Origin: Folioceros fuciformis
Lineage: Eukaryota
Length of the DNA: 64,000 nucleotides
Assembly: GCA_049999805.1 (NCBI GenBank)
Contig: JBNGIO010006380.1
Coordinates: 490,735-554,734, forward strand
Direction of reading: 5' to 3'
The notes beneath the pieces are model-generated. The model did no database searches. It saw nothing but the letters and a program-made list of their open reading frames with translations, and was not told where the DNA came from. A program made the translations under genes and the position numbers. This document shows, piece by piece, positions 36,473-49,113 of this stretch (its first letter is position 1; the number at the start of each line of letters is the position of its first letter).

Positions 36473-37068
36473 CGCCGCACTGCTGCAGCTGCGGTATTAC
36501 GTCCTTCTCTGCTGCTGCCAGCCCGTCTATTAAATCTCGAAATCAGGGCTTTTCCAGATTTGCAATCGTGCCGTCCAGGCGGAGCTGTACAGCATGGCCA
36601 AGTTGGATTGTGTGTACTGGGCTGTGCAAGAGTAGGTAGGGATGATGGGGACGACGAAATGTTGTTGGGACAGCCTCGAGGAAGGAGAACTTGTGTGGAA
36701 GAGGAGAAGGAAGGGTGAGCTCGAGCACCGCCCAGTAATGGTTTCCAGCGGTTCGGCGGAGTTTGGGTGACCCGCAGCAAAATGTAAGTGGTTGGGGCAG
36801 TTCGCTGAGATGGGTGCTTAGCAAAGCAACAATTCAGAGCTCACGAGGAGGGTCCAAGCCGGATCGTCCTGCTCTTCTGGATCTCTTTCAGGTGGAATCA
36901 GCTTGCGTTTTGCTTTCCCGGGCTGCGTTGATAAAGTAAAGCATGCTTCGATAGGATGGCGAAAGTCGGGTTCTGACATGCATCTTGTTGTTTCTTTTTG
37001 TTGACAAGCCAGAGACGTTGCGAGAAATTTGATTAGTAGCCGGGCTTGTATCGCTATGGTTCCCAGCC

Positions 37069-39987
37069 ATGTGGGCAGCGTGCCGCTTTTCAAGAATCTG
37101 GGTTGCTCACAGCAAGATTAAGTTGCTGGTGCACTGTTCTGGAAAAGAGTGTTTCAGTAGGCGTAATCCAATCACAAGGAGATATTATTCTGCGCATCCC
37201 GACTCTCCTGAATCTCGCACAGGTGGAATGAACTTCCGGTTGGCTTGTGTCATAAGGCAGGCCTAGAGTCGTTTCACGAGGTTGTCGGGAAAGGTAGCTT
37301 CTCACATGCTTGTTCAATGTCTTTTCTTTTCAGCAAGTGACCTTCCCAGAAATTTGAGTGGCAAGGATGGCAAGCATTTACAGCCAGGTCGCCCAAAGAA
37401 GAAAGAGCAACTGGGATCTCTGAAGATTGCGAGTGTGCTTGGGATCTTGAGCAAAACGGGTGGGGATCCTAGTGCACCCCAGCTTCGTGGGCTCTCTATC
37501 TCTAGACTGAGTCCTTATCAAATCTCTTTTGTGCTGAAGAAGGAAACTGATTTAAACGTGGCATGGGGATTTTTCAAGTGGGCTGCGAAACAGAAGGGTT
37601 ACAAGCACAATGCTCATACACATACACTGATGATCAAACTTCTGGGTATCGCACAGAGGTATGATGAGATGTGGGGTTTACTGGACGAGATGCGGAGGCA
37701 AGCTTATGATGTAGGCGATGTGATATTCACAATTGTGCTGATTAGCTACGCCAGAGCAAATAGGCTCGCTGCTGTCCTGGAGGCCTTTGATCGCATCCTG
37801 AACATGGGGGTTCGGCCAAGTGTTGTTGTCTTCAATTGTCTGATGGGCCTTCTTGTCAAACGAAATCAGCACAGCACTGTTCAGCTGGTCTATCAGCGGA
37901 TGCTCAATGCAGGGTGTGTGCCGGATGAATCCACATATGCTAGCCTCATAGTTAGTTCGTGTCGAGTGGGTGAATTGTCTACAGCGATCAGGTTACTTGA
38001 GAACATGAAAGAAGGAGGTCTGAGCGTAGGAGTTGCCGTCGTGGGTGCAATGATTATGGGATATGTGGATTCTGGGAGATTCACTGAGGCCTTGCATCTG
38101 TTTCGAGAAGCAAAGGAGTACCAAAATGTTGTGAACTATACTACTGTGATTGCTGGATTAGACAAAGCAGGGTGCAGGCAAGAGGCTCGCAGCTTGATTC
38201 TAGAAATGAGAGCGGGAGATATTTGTCTGGATGAACCTGCATACACAACTCTTGTCAAATTTCTTGTAAGGCAGAGGGAAGTCACTGAGGCCATGAAACT
38301 TTTTGAAGAGGCAAAAGTGAAAGGCTGCTTTCTTACTGAGGGTTTCTATTATGCCTCGGTTGATGGGCTGGTGAAGGTCAACGCATGGGCCGAAGCTGGC
38401 AAGCTTCTCATGGACATGATACGAAGTGGCTTCAAACTGGATGCAGCCACCTGCAATGTTGTCCTCTGTGGTCTTTGCAAGACAGGCAAGGGTTATGAAG
38501 CGTGGCAGCTTCTCAATGAAATGCGACAATGCAGAAACCTGTTACATGAAATAGCGTACAAAGCCCTTATTGTTCATTTTGCTGAAACGGATCAGATTGA
38601 AGCAGCTTCCCAGCTATTGGCGGAGATGGAAGTCATGAACTTTGATGAGAGGTCAGTACCGTACGATGTCATGCTAGTTGCTTATGTCCGAAGTGATCAA
38701 ATAGATATAGCCCTTCGGTATAGTCGCAAGATGGCAGGAAAAGGGAGTTCTGAGGTGGTGCACAGTTACAACACCATGCTGAAAGCGCTGGTGGAAGCAG
38801 AGAGAGTACCTGATGCCTTGAAGGTATTTGGCGACATGAAGGTTCGAAACTGTCTGAGCAGGCTGTCATACAATATTCTACTCCATGGTTTCTGCAAGTT
38901 GGGTTTGATGCATGAAGCGGTTAGGCTCTTTGAGGAAATGAAGGTGCAGGGCTTCTCCCCAAACGTTGTCTCGTACAATACCTTGATAGCTGGTTTCGTC
39001 AAGCTTAATGAAGCCCTGCATGTTTACTACATGTTTGAAGACATGAAAGCCAAGGGAATCATTCCGGATGTTGTAACCTACAACACAATTCTTCCACTTC
39101 TGCTCAAATCAACGGATTGTCACAAGGCTTGCCATCTGTTGTCCATGATGGAGAAGCAAGGCATATCCCCCGACGTCGTGACCTATACTTGCATGATTGA
39201 CAGGCTTGGAAAGGCTGGAAAGGTGAAAGAAGCTTCAAGACTTTTCTTCGTAATGATAAGTCAGGGCCTTGTACCTAATGCGATAACCTGTGGTTCCCTC
39301 ATGCATGGCCTCTGCAAGTCAGGCAACGTGTTAGCAGCTGAAGGCATGTTTGGAGACATGAAAAGAAATGGACTCACCTGTAACCATGTCATCTACAATA
39401 TCTTGCTTGCTGGACATTGCAAGACTGGCCACCTAGACAAAGGATGGTCTGTAGTTCACAGAATGCGGCAGGATGGATATGCTGACGACCCTCACACCTA
39501 TAGCACTTTGATAAGTGGACTTGCCAAAGTGAGCAGACCCCATCTAGCAAGTGCAATGTTGGAGGACTTGAAGGAAATGGGATACAAGCCAACCATTGTG
39601 ATGTACAATTCTCTGATCTATGCACAAAGCAAGGCAGGTCTAATGTATGAAGCCTGCAGATCCTTCAGAGATCTGGAGCAAATGGGACTGACCCCTAATG
39701 TTTGGGGTTACAACACCCTCATTGCTGGATTCTGTGCAGCAGATCAGGTGAAAGAGGCTTGCAAGATTCTTTTCCAAATGCAGGACTACAATTGTGCTCC
39801 TGACGTGATCTCCTACACATCAATTATTCATGCATATGGGAATTCAGGCAAGCAAGGTGACGCTTTGAACTATTTAGCAGAAATGAAAAGGCAGGGATTT
39901 GCTCCAGATGCTGCAGCGCTGAGTGTTTTACACCGTTGTGTCTGGCGAACCAATGATCCTGGTTTAGGTCCTCGGGTGTGGAATTAA
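37069..39987 (+). CDS. P-class pentatricopeptide repeat protein, probably mitochondrial; exons 37069-37222 and 37334-39987
   Basis: More than 20 tandem 35-aa repeats (e.g. PNVVSYNTLIAGF, PDVVTYTCMIDRLGKAG) and N-terminal AWGFFKWAAKQKGYKH. The upstream exon encodes a basic presequence MWAACRFSRIW...RRYYS, spliced in phase 1. Confidence 0.92.
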
Positions 39988-42525
39988 CATCATCAGAGTA
40001 TTCCTCCATGCCAGAGTTCTTAGCCACCGTAACAGAGCTCACCTGTGTGCCGAGTTTCATAACCTCTGGTGCTACGATGGTGATCGGCTCACCAGGTTAG
40101 TGATGAGAGTAGCTGTCTTAATTCTCTCAATTGCTCCGTGGAAATTTGGCATGTCTCTTAAAATTGGTCCTTCTCGCTTGTGTAGTGCGGGTGAACTTCA
40201 TTTGACTGATATGGAGGCAACTTCGATTCCAATCCCACCTCTCGAACCGACTGCTTCCTGCAAATGAAGCGCTGAAGGACGTAAACGTGGGACCAGGGGC
40301 AGAGGAAATGTCGATCCGAAACAGCCCGTACTTATGTCTACAGGTTGTTTCGGATCACTCTGTCTAAGCAATAGCTGTGGCATCTCAAGAAGAACATTGC
40401 AACAGCGCAGACCAATTGCTGTGGATTGTTGAGAACAGCCTGGCAGCAACGCTGCGTATCACTCATGACCAAATGGTGCGACACCTCGCCCGGCAGTGCA
40501 ATGCATGATCCCAAGAGAACAACAAAGGGCGCCCGAGCACCAGCAGAAGATGGACGCAAGGCTATCAGGATCGAGGCTGAAATTTTGGATTCAGACACGT
40601 TTTCGAATCAACGGTAGTGCATCAGCTTTGTTTTGACACACATTCCGGTCACCGCGAAGTGGATGGACAGTGTTAGTCTATGTGGGCTTGCAAATGGATA
40701 CCCGATGGCTATAAACGCCCGCACGTGTGTTCGCACGTCCCTCCACGGCCGCTACATGTACCTCGATGTTCTTGCCCATGACCATAGCATGGTAAGTCAT
40801 GCAGCATCGAACTTGTGCCTGTGCCCGTGCCCTACATACCCACAACACGGGACATGAGCAACAGGGGACATTGAGAAATAGTGAAGCATAGAAGTGGAGC
40901 AGCAAAATAAATTGAAGTTGTTCATAGTCTGAGAACAAATAAATGTGCTTCTTCAAATTTTTGAGTCCATTTGGTTCCTAGTTGTGTCATTTACAAGCCT
41001 ATGAAGGCAATATCAAAGGTAGCCCTCCTGCAAAGTGGAGCATTTCAATTGAGGTAGAGAACCATGCAATATGAGGAAGAATTTAAGTCTTTAACAATTT
41101 CATACTTTCAAACATGTCACTAGTCACTCCATACTAACCACCCCTGCATGCATAGAGTTTGGTGTCTGACACTGAAAGTAATATGCAACATATGTATCTT
41201 AAGCAAGTTTGGAATCCTCAAACACCCCAAACAATTGAACTCACTATTTGAAACTTATGAAGTGATGTGCTATGATCTTTTCTTTATGCAGAGACCCTGG
41301 CTGATGTTGTGTAGGTGATTCCTTGATGCCTACATGAAGTACAAAAAGGTTATTTGCTTGTCATGAGGAAATTATTTAGTCATCTTGCCTGACAAGAGTG
41401 TGCAAAGTGATGGTCATCCTGGTCAACAACTGCAATGCATACCACAATATGTAAGGCAATTTGAAATTGCAATTTACAACCAACTTGCACTCTCTTACAC
41501 CCAACCATCCCTCTCTTACCTCGGCTAGGGTTGCCCATAGTTGTGTTGCATGATTGCATTCCACCTTTTACTAGTTCCTGGACTTTTGCCGTAGCCTCTT
41601 CGTTAAGATTTCCCACCACTTTGCAAGTTATTCGCCTACTTTGGCTTGGGCCATTATTCTCTGCCTCACATTAGAGCAATTGTTTAAGAACTTTGACATG
41701 ATTCACCCCCCAAGCCACTGTCATGCATTGCACTTTTTGAAAAAGTGATCTATCCACAAGGTAGCAACTCAAGATCCTCATTCAAGCCTTGCACTTGCAC
41801 TCTCTCTACCCATCCCTTGTACAGCTTTAACAAAGGCTTGTTGGTAGTTTGGTTTGTGTCCAAGGTGAAGGAAAACTTGAAGAAAACTAGGCAATCCCCA
41901 TATGTGCTATATGACAAAACGCTCCACCTCCCTATGCTCTCAAAAGGGCTAATGGAGTCCTTTCACCGAACAAGTAAGGTGAACTTGAGGACACGATCAA
42001 TCTCAATCCTGCTGACACTATGTGCATCTCTTTGCAAGGGATCATTGCAAAGCACAAAGGGCACTTCTTGTAGTAGTCCTAGAAGATGCTATGGAATATT
42101 TCCATATAATATGCAATTGAAAAAACAAATCACCATGTCATGGCGGGCGGTTGTCTATTTTGATATTCGACACATAGGCCCCATGACCCGTGGATTTGAA
42201 GTACTTCCTTGTGCCCAAGCTATTTGTAGAACTATTTTTTTGAGCCCAGCCTAGGTAGGCAAAGGATTAAGAGACCCGCTAGACGTCGAGGATGTAAAGC
42301 ACGCACGGTAAGCCTGAAATATAGCTCTGAAGATTTTTCATACTGCAGGTCTTATACCGTTTTTTCTTACACCTACAGAGGAAACCAGAGAGAACAATAA
42401 TCAGAGGGCCCTTTGTCCAGAACCATGTAGCCATGATAAATGAATCATGAAATAATTTATTAGAATAGTTAACGACAATTAGTTTTATGCTACTGAAACA
42501 CTCAATTTTAACAAAATGTAAGGAA

Positions 42526-45500
42526 TTAAGCTCTCATGGAAAGGGTGGACGAGACATCTGTGACCGGCATCTTTCGACCCTCTGGTTCCTTGGTGTATTG
42601 TTGCGTCTGAAGGTAGGTTTCTAGCCTTGTTACAACAGCCCTGGAATCAGGGTCAACTTTCTTCTTCAGTGACACAAGAAACTCCCGACCGATTGTGTTC
42701 AATATCTTCATGAATTGGCCTTTGAATTCTTCAACCATCCGATAGCCTGCGATCTGCAAATCACACCACAACCCGTTTTGTCACAATCAACAAAACTGGC
42801 TTCGCAGCTGTTCAAGGCATGCAAGTTAGGAGCTGACCTTCAACATGGCTTCCAGTGCCGATGCTGTGAGACGATTGGCTGGTAGTGCGTTCAGTAGGCT
42901 GCCACACCAAGTCCATGCAAACGCCAGTCCGTAGGGGTTTTCTTTACCACTTGCTACCTGTGTCTGCAACCACAGCACGTCATAAAACCTACCGTCACAT
43001 GAAGCACCCAGCTCAAATTCTGAACAAGGGGCACAGACCCTCAACCTCTTGACATACCTGGGTTATAGCAGCATAGAAGGTCATATATGCAGACATTCGT
43101 GCGACATATTCATCAGTACTCTCCAACTTGTTATCCTCCACCTTGTAACCCAGGGTCTTGTAATAATGCTCGTCACTGGTATAATTTTCCTGTGGAAGCG
43201 CACACGTCAGGGCCATAACATACAATATTTATCGACTGCATTTGTTGACTGTTTCAGGCACCTTTCTGTAAATGTAGTACTTCGGCACCGTGAATATGCA
43301 CACTTGATTTAGCCTACCAATTACCACATCCATCATGGACGAGACCTGCAGATAACGAACAGCTAAGCAGTGTTATCATCAAGGAAGATAGAAGCCGCAA
43401 CACACTTCAAACCACCAGTTGTGCAAGTATGAAAGCAATCGACGGAGATAGGAAAGCAGTGGACAGCAAGGAAGCTAGAGTGTACAAGGATCGGACGCGC
43501 TACACACCTCCGAAGCCACATTCACCACCACTTGAGCAAGCGGGAAAGCAAATGTTGGAAGCTTTAGAACCTGAGACTCACACTGGGACAAAAGCTGTCG
43601 ATCAAACAGGGCAGCAGCCATCATGATTAGTGATATGGCTGACGTACAGCAGAGTGTCAAATATTCACTTTGAAGATGATCGCGCGGAGCATCTCACCTT
43701 GTTAGCCAATGTCATAAACAGTAACGATTGAGGTATATTTGGGGATTGCATCAACTGTGTCAACTCCAAGGATTTTTTCCTGATTAATCACATTGGGCAG
43801 ATGAAGGCGTGATCTACAAGAACCAGCTACTCCAAGTACTCCTGCTAAAGGATCACTCTCCTCCTTACCTCACTTGCTCCTGCGTAGCTGATACTTGCTG
43901 CAAGATTTTAATGACATTACGCTCCAATAGCTTGACATCCTGATTCCATACGGCAGGTTACGTGTAGCAATGAGGGGTCAGAACTCGGTCTAAGCGCAGA
44001 GGTCATTTAGCACCCAGCATGCATCGCGTGCTATGTGGCCGGAGCATATCGAAGACAGGCACACCTTCTTAAGGGCAGGATTTGACAGCAGTAGCTTGCA
44101 CTCCTCCTCCACCTTTAGAAGAACTGTCATTCTCGCCTGCTCCAAGGCAGCCGCCTTCGGACTTATCCTTGCCCTCCCCACAGTGGCCACAGTTTCATTT
44201 GCTGCAGGCTTCGCCAGCTGGCTGGCTTCCTGAGTCTGCTTCAACTCGAGCGGATTTTGCTTGGCCTCCAAGTCTTTCTGCTTAGCGTCCAGCTGCTTCT
44301 GCTTCTCAGCGGCAGCAGCAGCTGCTGCAGCTTCAGCTTGTTGCTTCTCACGAAGCTCTGCTGCTGCTTCAGCTTGTTGCTTCTCACGACGTTCAGCTGC
44401 TGCCTTCTCCGCAGCTTTCCTAGCACGTTCCTCATTTGCTGCCACTTGTTGCCTACGAGCTTCTTCCACAGCAGCATCATTTCGTATCTTGCGCTCTTCA
44501 ACCTGAGAGCGCTGTTCATGTTCCCGTTGCACTTCACATAAATGCTGGTCGCGTGCTTCAGCTCTGCAAAGCAGACATGAAAATTAGGTCGTCCGGCATG
44601 GACTAACACCACAAGACTCTCTTGCGATTCATCGAACATAAGGCAGGGTACAAACATTGAGCGGCTATCATCTTCGTCTTTAAGGACCAAAACTTTTAAC
44701 TTCTCTCGTGCTTCACTGTCAACTTGAAAATGAGCTGCTTTCTTTCTGTCGTGTTCTTGTGACCTGGCTAGCGTCAAATTCTGCTGGCTTTGTCGCGCCT
44801 CTTCCTAAAGACACACAAAAAAGGACTCCGGCACTGAAGACTCTACAGAGAACGCCGCGGCGCACAGCCAAATCGACAAAGCAGGTATTACCTGTACCCT
44901 GAGACGACGCTGCGTGTCCAAATCCAGCAGCGCTGCTTCTTCTGGTTTAGTCTTTTGCAGCAGATGGTTGTTGTCAGCAACAGGTGACCTCCACCTGAAA
45001 GGCGAGACAACCTCGACAGGTGAAGCAGGGTCTGCACATCTGACAAGAAGAGAATAGCTGTTACAAACAGTCACATCCAGCTGACATGTGCATGCAAGAG
45101 AACCCTAATTCTCACTCTCACCTTTCACTTCCGTCCTCGAGCTCCGAATCCGGGATCCGAAGCTTGCTCACAACCTCCTCCTCCCCTTCACTAACATAAC
45201 AGTCATCATCGGACACCCCTATGCGGAAACTCGCCGACTGCCACTTATAAGTCTCCTTCAGACTCCGCCACGAGACACATTTACTCAAAATCTCCTCACT
45301 CACGGGAACCTCCCGAAGCAAGGATGACTCGTTCAATCCTCCACCGATGATCTCCAACTCATGCTGCAGTTCAGCCAGCCCCCAGTCAGGCTGAGGATCA
45401 AATTCAACCTGGAAACTTCCTTCACGAGGTCCGACAGCGACGGGACTCCTGCGCACCACCTCCAACCTGCCCTCACAAGAAAGGAACGAGCTCTGGGGAC

Positions 45501-45618
45501 TCCCCAACTTGGAGACAGGTTTCGAGGGGGCACCAAACGGGGCCACATTGTCCGCTCTCCTCTGCCGATGCAGCACCCGTCTGCCCCGGAGGGACCGGGT
45601 GAGATCACTGACACCCAT
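42526..45618 (-). CDS. GLE1: mRNA export factor GLE1; multi-exon (exact start uncertain)
   Basis: N-terminal DPQPDWGLAELQHEL and coiled-coil EHEQRSQVEERKIRNDAAVEEARR. GLE1 domain VCIFTVPK, YYKTLGY...ESTDEYVARMSAYMTFYAA, AWTWCGSLLNALP, QFMKIL. Confidence 0.92.
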
Positions 45619-47581
45619 ACAACCCGCCTGGGAAGGAAAAGAGCGGCACCACAACCCAGCACTCCACCCTACACCCTACCACCCGACTCGAACAAGCAAG
45701 GCACCCAGGACCTTTCCGCTCCTCATCAGCCTGACACACGAAACCATGAGCAGCCATCACACCATCGAATATCGTGTGACCGCAGTCTCTCCTTCCCCAT
45801 GTCCTACCACTCCTGCCAGTCTGCCCCGCTCCGGCTGCTGCCGGACACCCGCTGCCAAGCCTGTGTTCATGCCTGTCAAGAGTGCCTCATAGCCGCAGCG
45901 CCATTGCTGCAAGCCCTGACTCCTCCATCCGTCGACTGTACACTTCCATGGTTCCCCGCACCCGTTGCAGCCTCAGCATCCCCCGACCCGCCCGCACCTC
46001 CCAGCAGTCTGTGTGCCCAAGCTTCAAATCGATGCGTACCTGCCCAGCTGCTGAGGATGAAATCGACTTGATTAAACAAGTCGCTAAGTCCACCGGCAGA
46101 TCGGGTTTCTTTCATGTACAATAGTTAATATTTCTATATAAATTAATTTCAATTCGAACTCCAGAATTAGTTTGTAGGGCTGCTTTAACTTTCAGGTGAA
46201 ACACATTAGAGGTGGGTGAGAGAAACGGGCGAAGGACAACGGGGTATTGCATGCACCAGGACCCAAATGTAACATGCTTTTCGATGGATTTTTGTTGGCT
46301 TAAGACAAAGTACTATGTGCGTATGTATGTACATATGCGGTCCGTGGAGTGTTAACGGATCTCTTTAGCATGAGACGATGATGGTTTCTTTACGAAGTCG
46401 GGGTTTCTTTGAAGCGATGGGAGCTGGGTTTTGGATTTTTGGGCAGGAAGAACGGACTGGACTCGTCTCCGGTGACGTGAAGAAAGATTTGCGTTTGTCT
46501 GTAACAGCGCAATTCGTGTTCGGAGGCTGAGAGTCTCGGGCTGCGTTGCCACACCGATCTTGGCCTGGCGTGGCCTTGCTTTGCCTCACCGAGGGCCTGG
46601 CTTGCTCTGCGCTGCGCTGTGTTTGCGGTGTTGCTTTAGCAGTGGGGGTGTGCTGTCCAATTTGGCTGACACGACACGCAATTCGAACTTGTGGAAGCAG
46701 TGCACGCACAGCGTTGCCTACAGCACTGCTCTGTGGACAGCGCCACCCGCAAGCACCTGGATTCAGCGCTTCCTTCGAAATCTTTGGGAGCGTGCTGCGT
46801 CTCGGCTCGGCGTCCCGTCTGTGATGTGCGGGAGAGAGGCTCGGCTTGTCAGTGCTGGCTCTAATTGCCCCGCCTTCTTCCTCTTTGCTGGCTAGGTCTG
46901 GCATTGCCCCGGCTGGACGCCGGCTTGGGACCGGGTTTCTTGAGTAGATGTGAGTTCTTCTCATGAATGTCGCCTTGGAGAGCTGGTTCTTGGCTAGCAT
47001 CCCGGTTTCTTGACTGGCTGCGCCCCGGCATGGATTCTGATTGTCGCACGGCCTTGGCGCTGGGAGATTAGGCCTCTGGACGTCTCTGTTGCGCATTCTG
47101 TCTCCGGAGCTGCTAGTTCTGACGCACATTAGATGCGCAAGGCAGTCCGACGAGCTGGCATTCGGTGGAGGACCTGCTGGCACGCTGCCTCGTTTTCAGG
47201 ATGGAGGAGGGAGCGGGGAAACGGTGCCCGGTCTGGTTTTGTGGAAACTGCGACAGGGAAACTCGCGGGTCAGGCGCTGTGCCGGCATCTTGAGTGGACT
47301 GTTACAATTCTTCTGAGGTGAGGCGCTGGTCCGGGAAACGTTGAGAGGAGAGGATGGATACCGCCTTTTTCTTGATTAGGTTTCAGACTAGAGTTTCTTG
47401 CTTTTCTTCATTCTTCTTCTTCATCCGGCTTTGCTCTGATGAACTGCAGCTGTTGTTGCTCAAAATGAACACAGGCTTGGGCCAACGGTTTGACTGGAGG
47501 CTGCAGGGGGGACTCTAGGGAGGGCAGCAACTGTGAGTGGTTGGCGAGGGAAACAGCAGCTTTCTTCTGCAGCCGGCGCGG

Positions 47582-48436
47582 ATGATGACGGATCTTTCGG
47601 CGTCTACCCCCACTCCAGGCCTGTTCGGCAGCACAACCACACAAACGAACTCTGAGAAACGGAAGAGGTCTCGGAACTGGGATCATCGGGAGATGGTGTT
47701 GCTGGTACAGGCGAAGAAGGAAGAGTGGGAGAGTCACGAGAACGGGCGCAACTCTGAGAGGTTCAAATCGTCGTCAGACAAGTGGCAAAGGGTGGTGCAA
47801 CACCTGGTGGCAAACGGGATTGCGGACAGGGACATCGATCAATGCAGAGGGAAGTGGGACAACCTGCTGTCCGACTACAAGCTCATCAAAGATTGGCAGA
47901 AAGCTGAGGGCACACAGTACTTGTCTATGTCACGGGAAACCAAGAAAAAGAACAAGCTCCCCTATTGTTTCGACACGGAACTCATGGAGCTTCTAGACTC
48001 GTTCCAAGGGAAGAAGCCCACGATCCTGGACAACTCGGCTCCTCTCACACCCTTCTCACAGGACGACCTGGTGCGGGAGGACAGGGATCCTGCGTCCAGG
48101 GAGAAGGACACTGATTCTGGTGGGAAGAAGAAGAGAAAGCTGTCCAACGGCCGGATAGTGCACTCTGCCCAGCCAGTAGTTTCTTCTAATGCAGTAGTGG
48201 TCCACTCCAGCACTGTGGTGCAAGCTATCCGGGAGACCAAAGACAGCTATGTATCACTTTTGGGGGAAATGGAGATGAAGAGGGACGAACGGTATCACCA
48301 GAGCATGGCTCTGGAAAGGGAAAGACTGGACATGGAAAGGGCTCGGATGGAGCTCGAGCGTGAAGATAGGAAAGAGCTGATAGGAGTGCTGGGCGTGCTG
48401 GCTAAAGCCTTTGAGAAGATAGCAGAGAAAATGTGA
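47582..48436 (+). CDS. Trihelix (Myb/SANT-like) transcription factor, ASR3/SH4-like
   Basis: RNWDHREMVLLVQAK...KWQRVVQHL...RDIDQCRGKWDNLLSDYKLIKDW...YLSMSRETKKKNKLPYCFD, plus a C-terminal coiled coil. Confidence 0.9.
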   Translation: MMTDLSASTPTPGLFGSTTTQTNSEKRKRSRNWDHREMVLLVQAKKEEWESHENGRNSERFKSSSDKWQRVVQHLVANGIADRDIDQCRGKWDNLLSDYKLIKDWQKAEGTQYLSMSRETKKKNKLPYCFDTELMELLDSFQGKKPTILDNSAPLTPFSQDDLVREDRDPASREKDTDSGGKKKRKLSNGRIVHSAQPVVSSNAVVVHSSTVVQAIRETKDSYVSLLGEMEMKRDERYHQSMALERERLDMERARMELEREDRKELIGVLGVLAKAFEKIAEKM

Positions 48437-48915
48437 CAGTGAGGGATCTGCACGGCCTGAGCCGATATGGCCATGGATATCCCGAGTTCTCACATGGTGG
48501 GGGGGTACCGACGTCCCACTGCTTCCCGACAGCAGCGGGAGGTGGCCAACAGCGGTCAGTCTCTCATTTTTTGAATCATAGCCTTTGCATCCAGACAATC
48601 CTAGACCTTGTATCATACCTGAAGAGAGGAGCGGTTGAGAGTAGGTCGTAAAATTGTGGAGTAGGCACAGACTTGTACTCTTTGCAACAGTCATTTCACT
48701 CAAGAGGTTCCGTCAAAAGTCTGTACAGTATTCGACTCTCCTCTGTACCACGTCTGTGCGTGCCTCTTACATCATGCATGCGCGGACGCAAATACCACCA
48801 AGCACCTTGCAATATGCTCAGCCAGGGTTCTTCTACAGGCAACTCACAAAACATGCCTTCAAGAATCTGCAAGCACAAAGGAGGAGGGGAAGTTCTTCCA
48901 TCACAGCCTATGGTG

Positions 48916-49113
48916 TCAAGAAGACTGAATCCTCGGCTGTCTGGGCGCCGAAGACGAGGAAGAAGAAGAGGACGAGGCCAGCATGTTGGCCAGAAATGCT
49001 ATACACACAAGCACAAAGGCCACAAAACCTAGCAGAGAAGCGGCCAAAGCCACCGACATCGCTGCCATGAACAAATCCATGGACAGCTGGACGAGGTCCC
49101 AGACAGCAAACAT
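48916..49113 (-). CDS. Putative small hydrophobic (transmembrane) protein, 65 aa
   Basis: GCCATG start context; MFAVWDLVQLSMDLFMAAMSVALAASLLGFVAFVLVCIAFLANML followed by a Ser-rich tail. No family recognised. Confidence 0.5.
   Translation of the reverse strand: MFAVWDLVQLSMDLFMAAMSVALAASLLGFVAFVLVCIAFLANMLASSSSSSSSSAPRQPRIQSS

Noticed and set aside
35905..36639. 244-aa plus-strand ORF
   Set aside because: Antisense shadow of lumazine synthase.
46365..47183. 272-aa minus-strand ORF between GLE1 and the trihelix gene
   Set aside because: Non-ATG start, no recognisable motif, and composition typical of the antisense of a GC-rich 5' leader.
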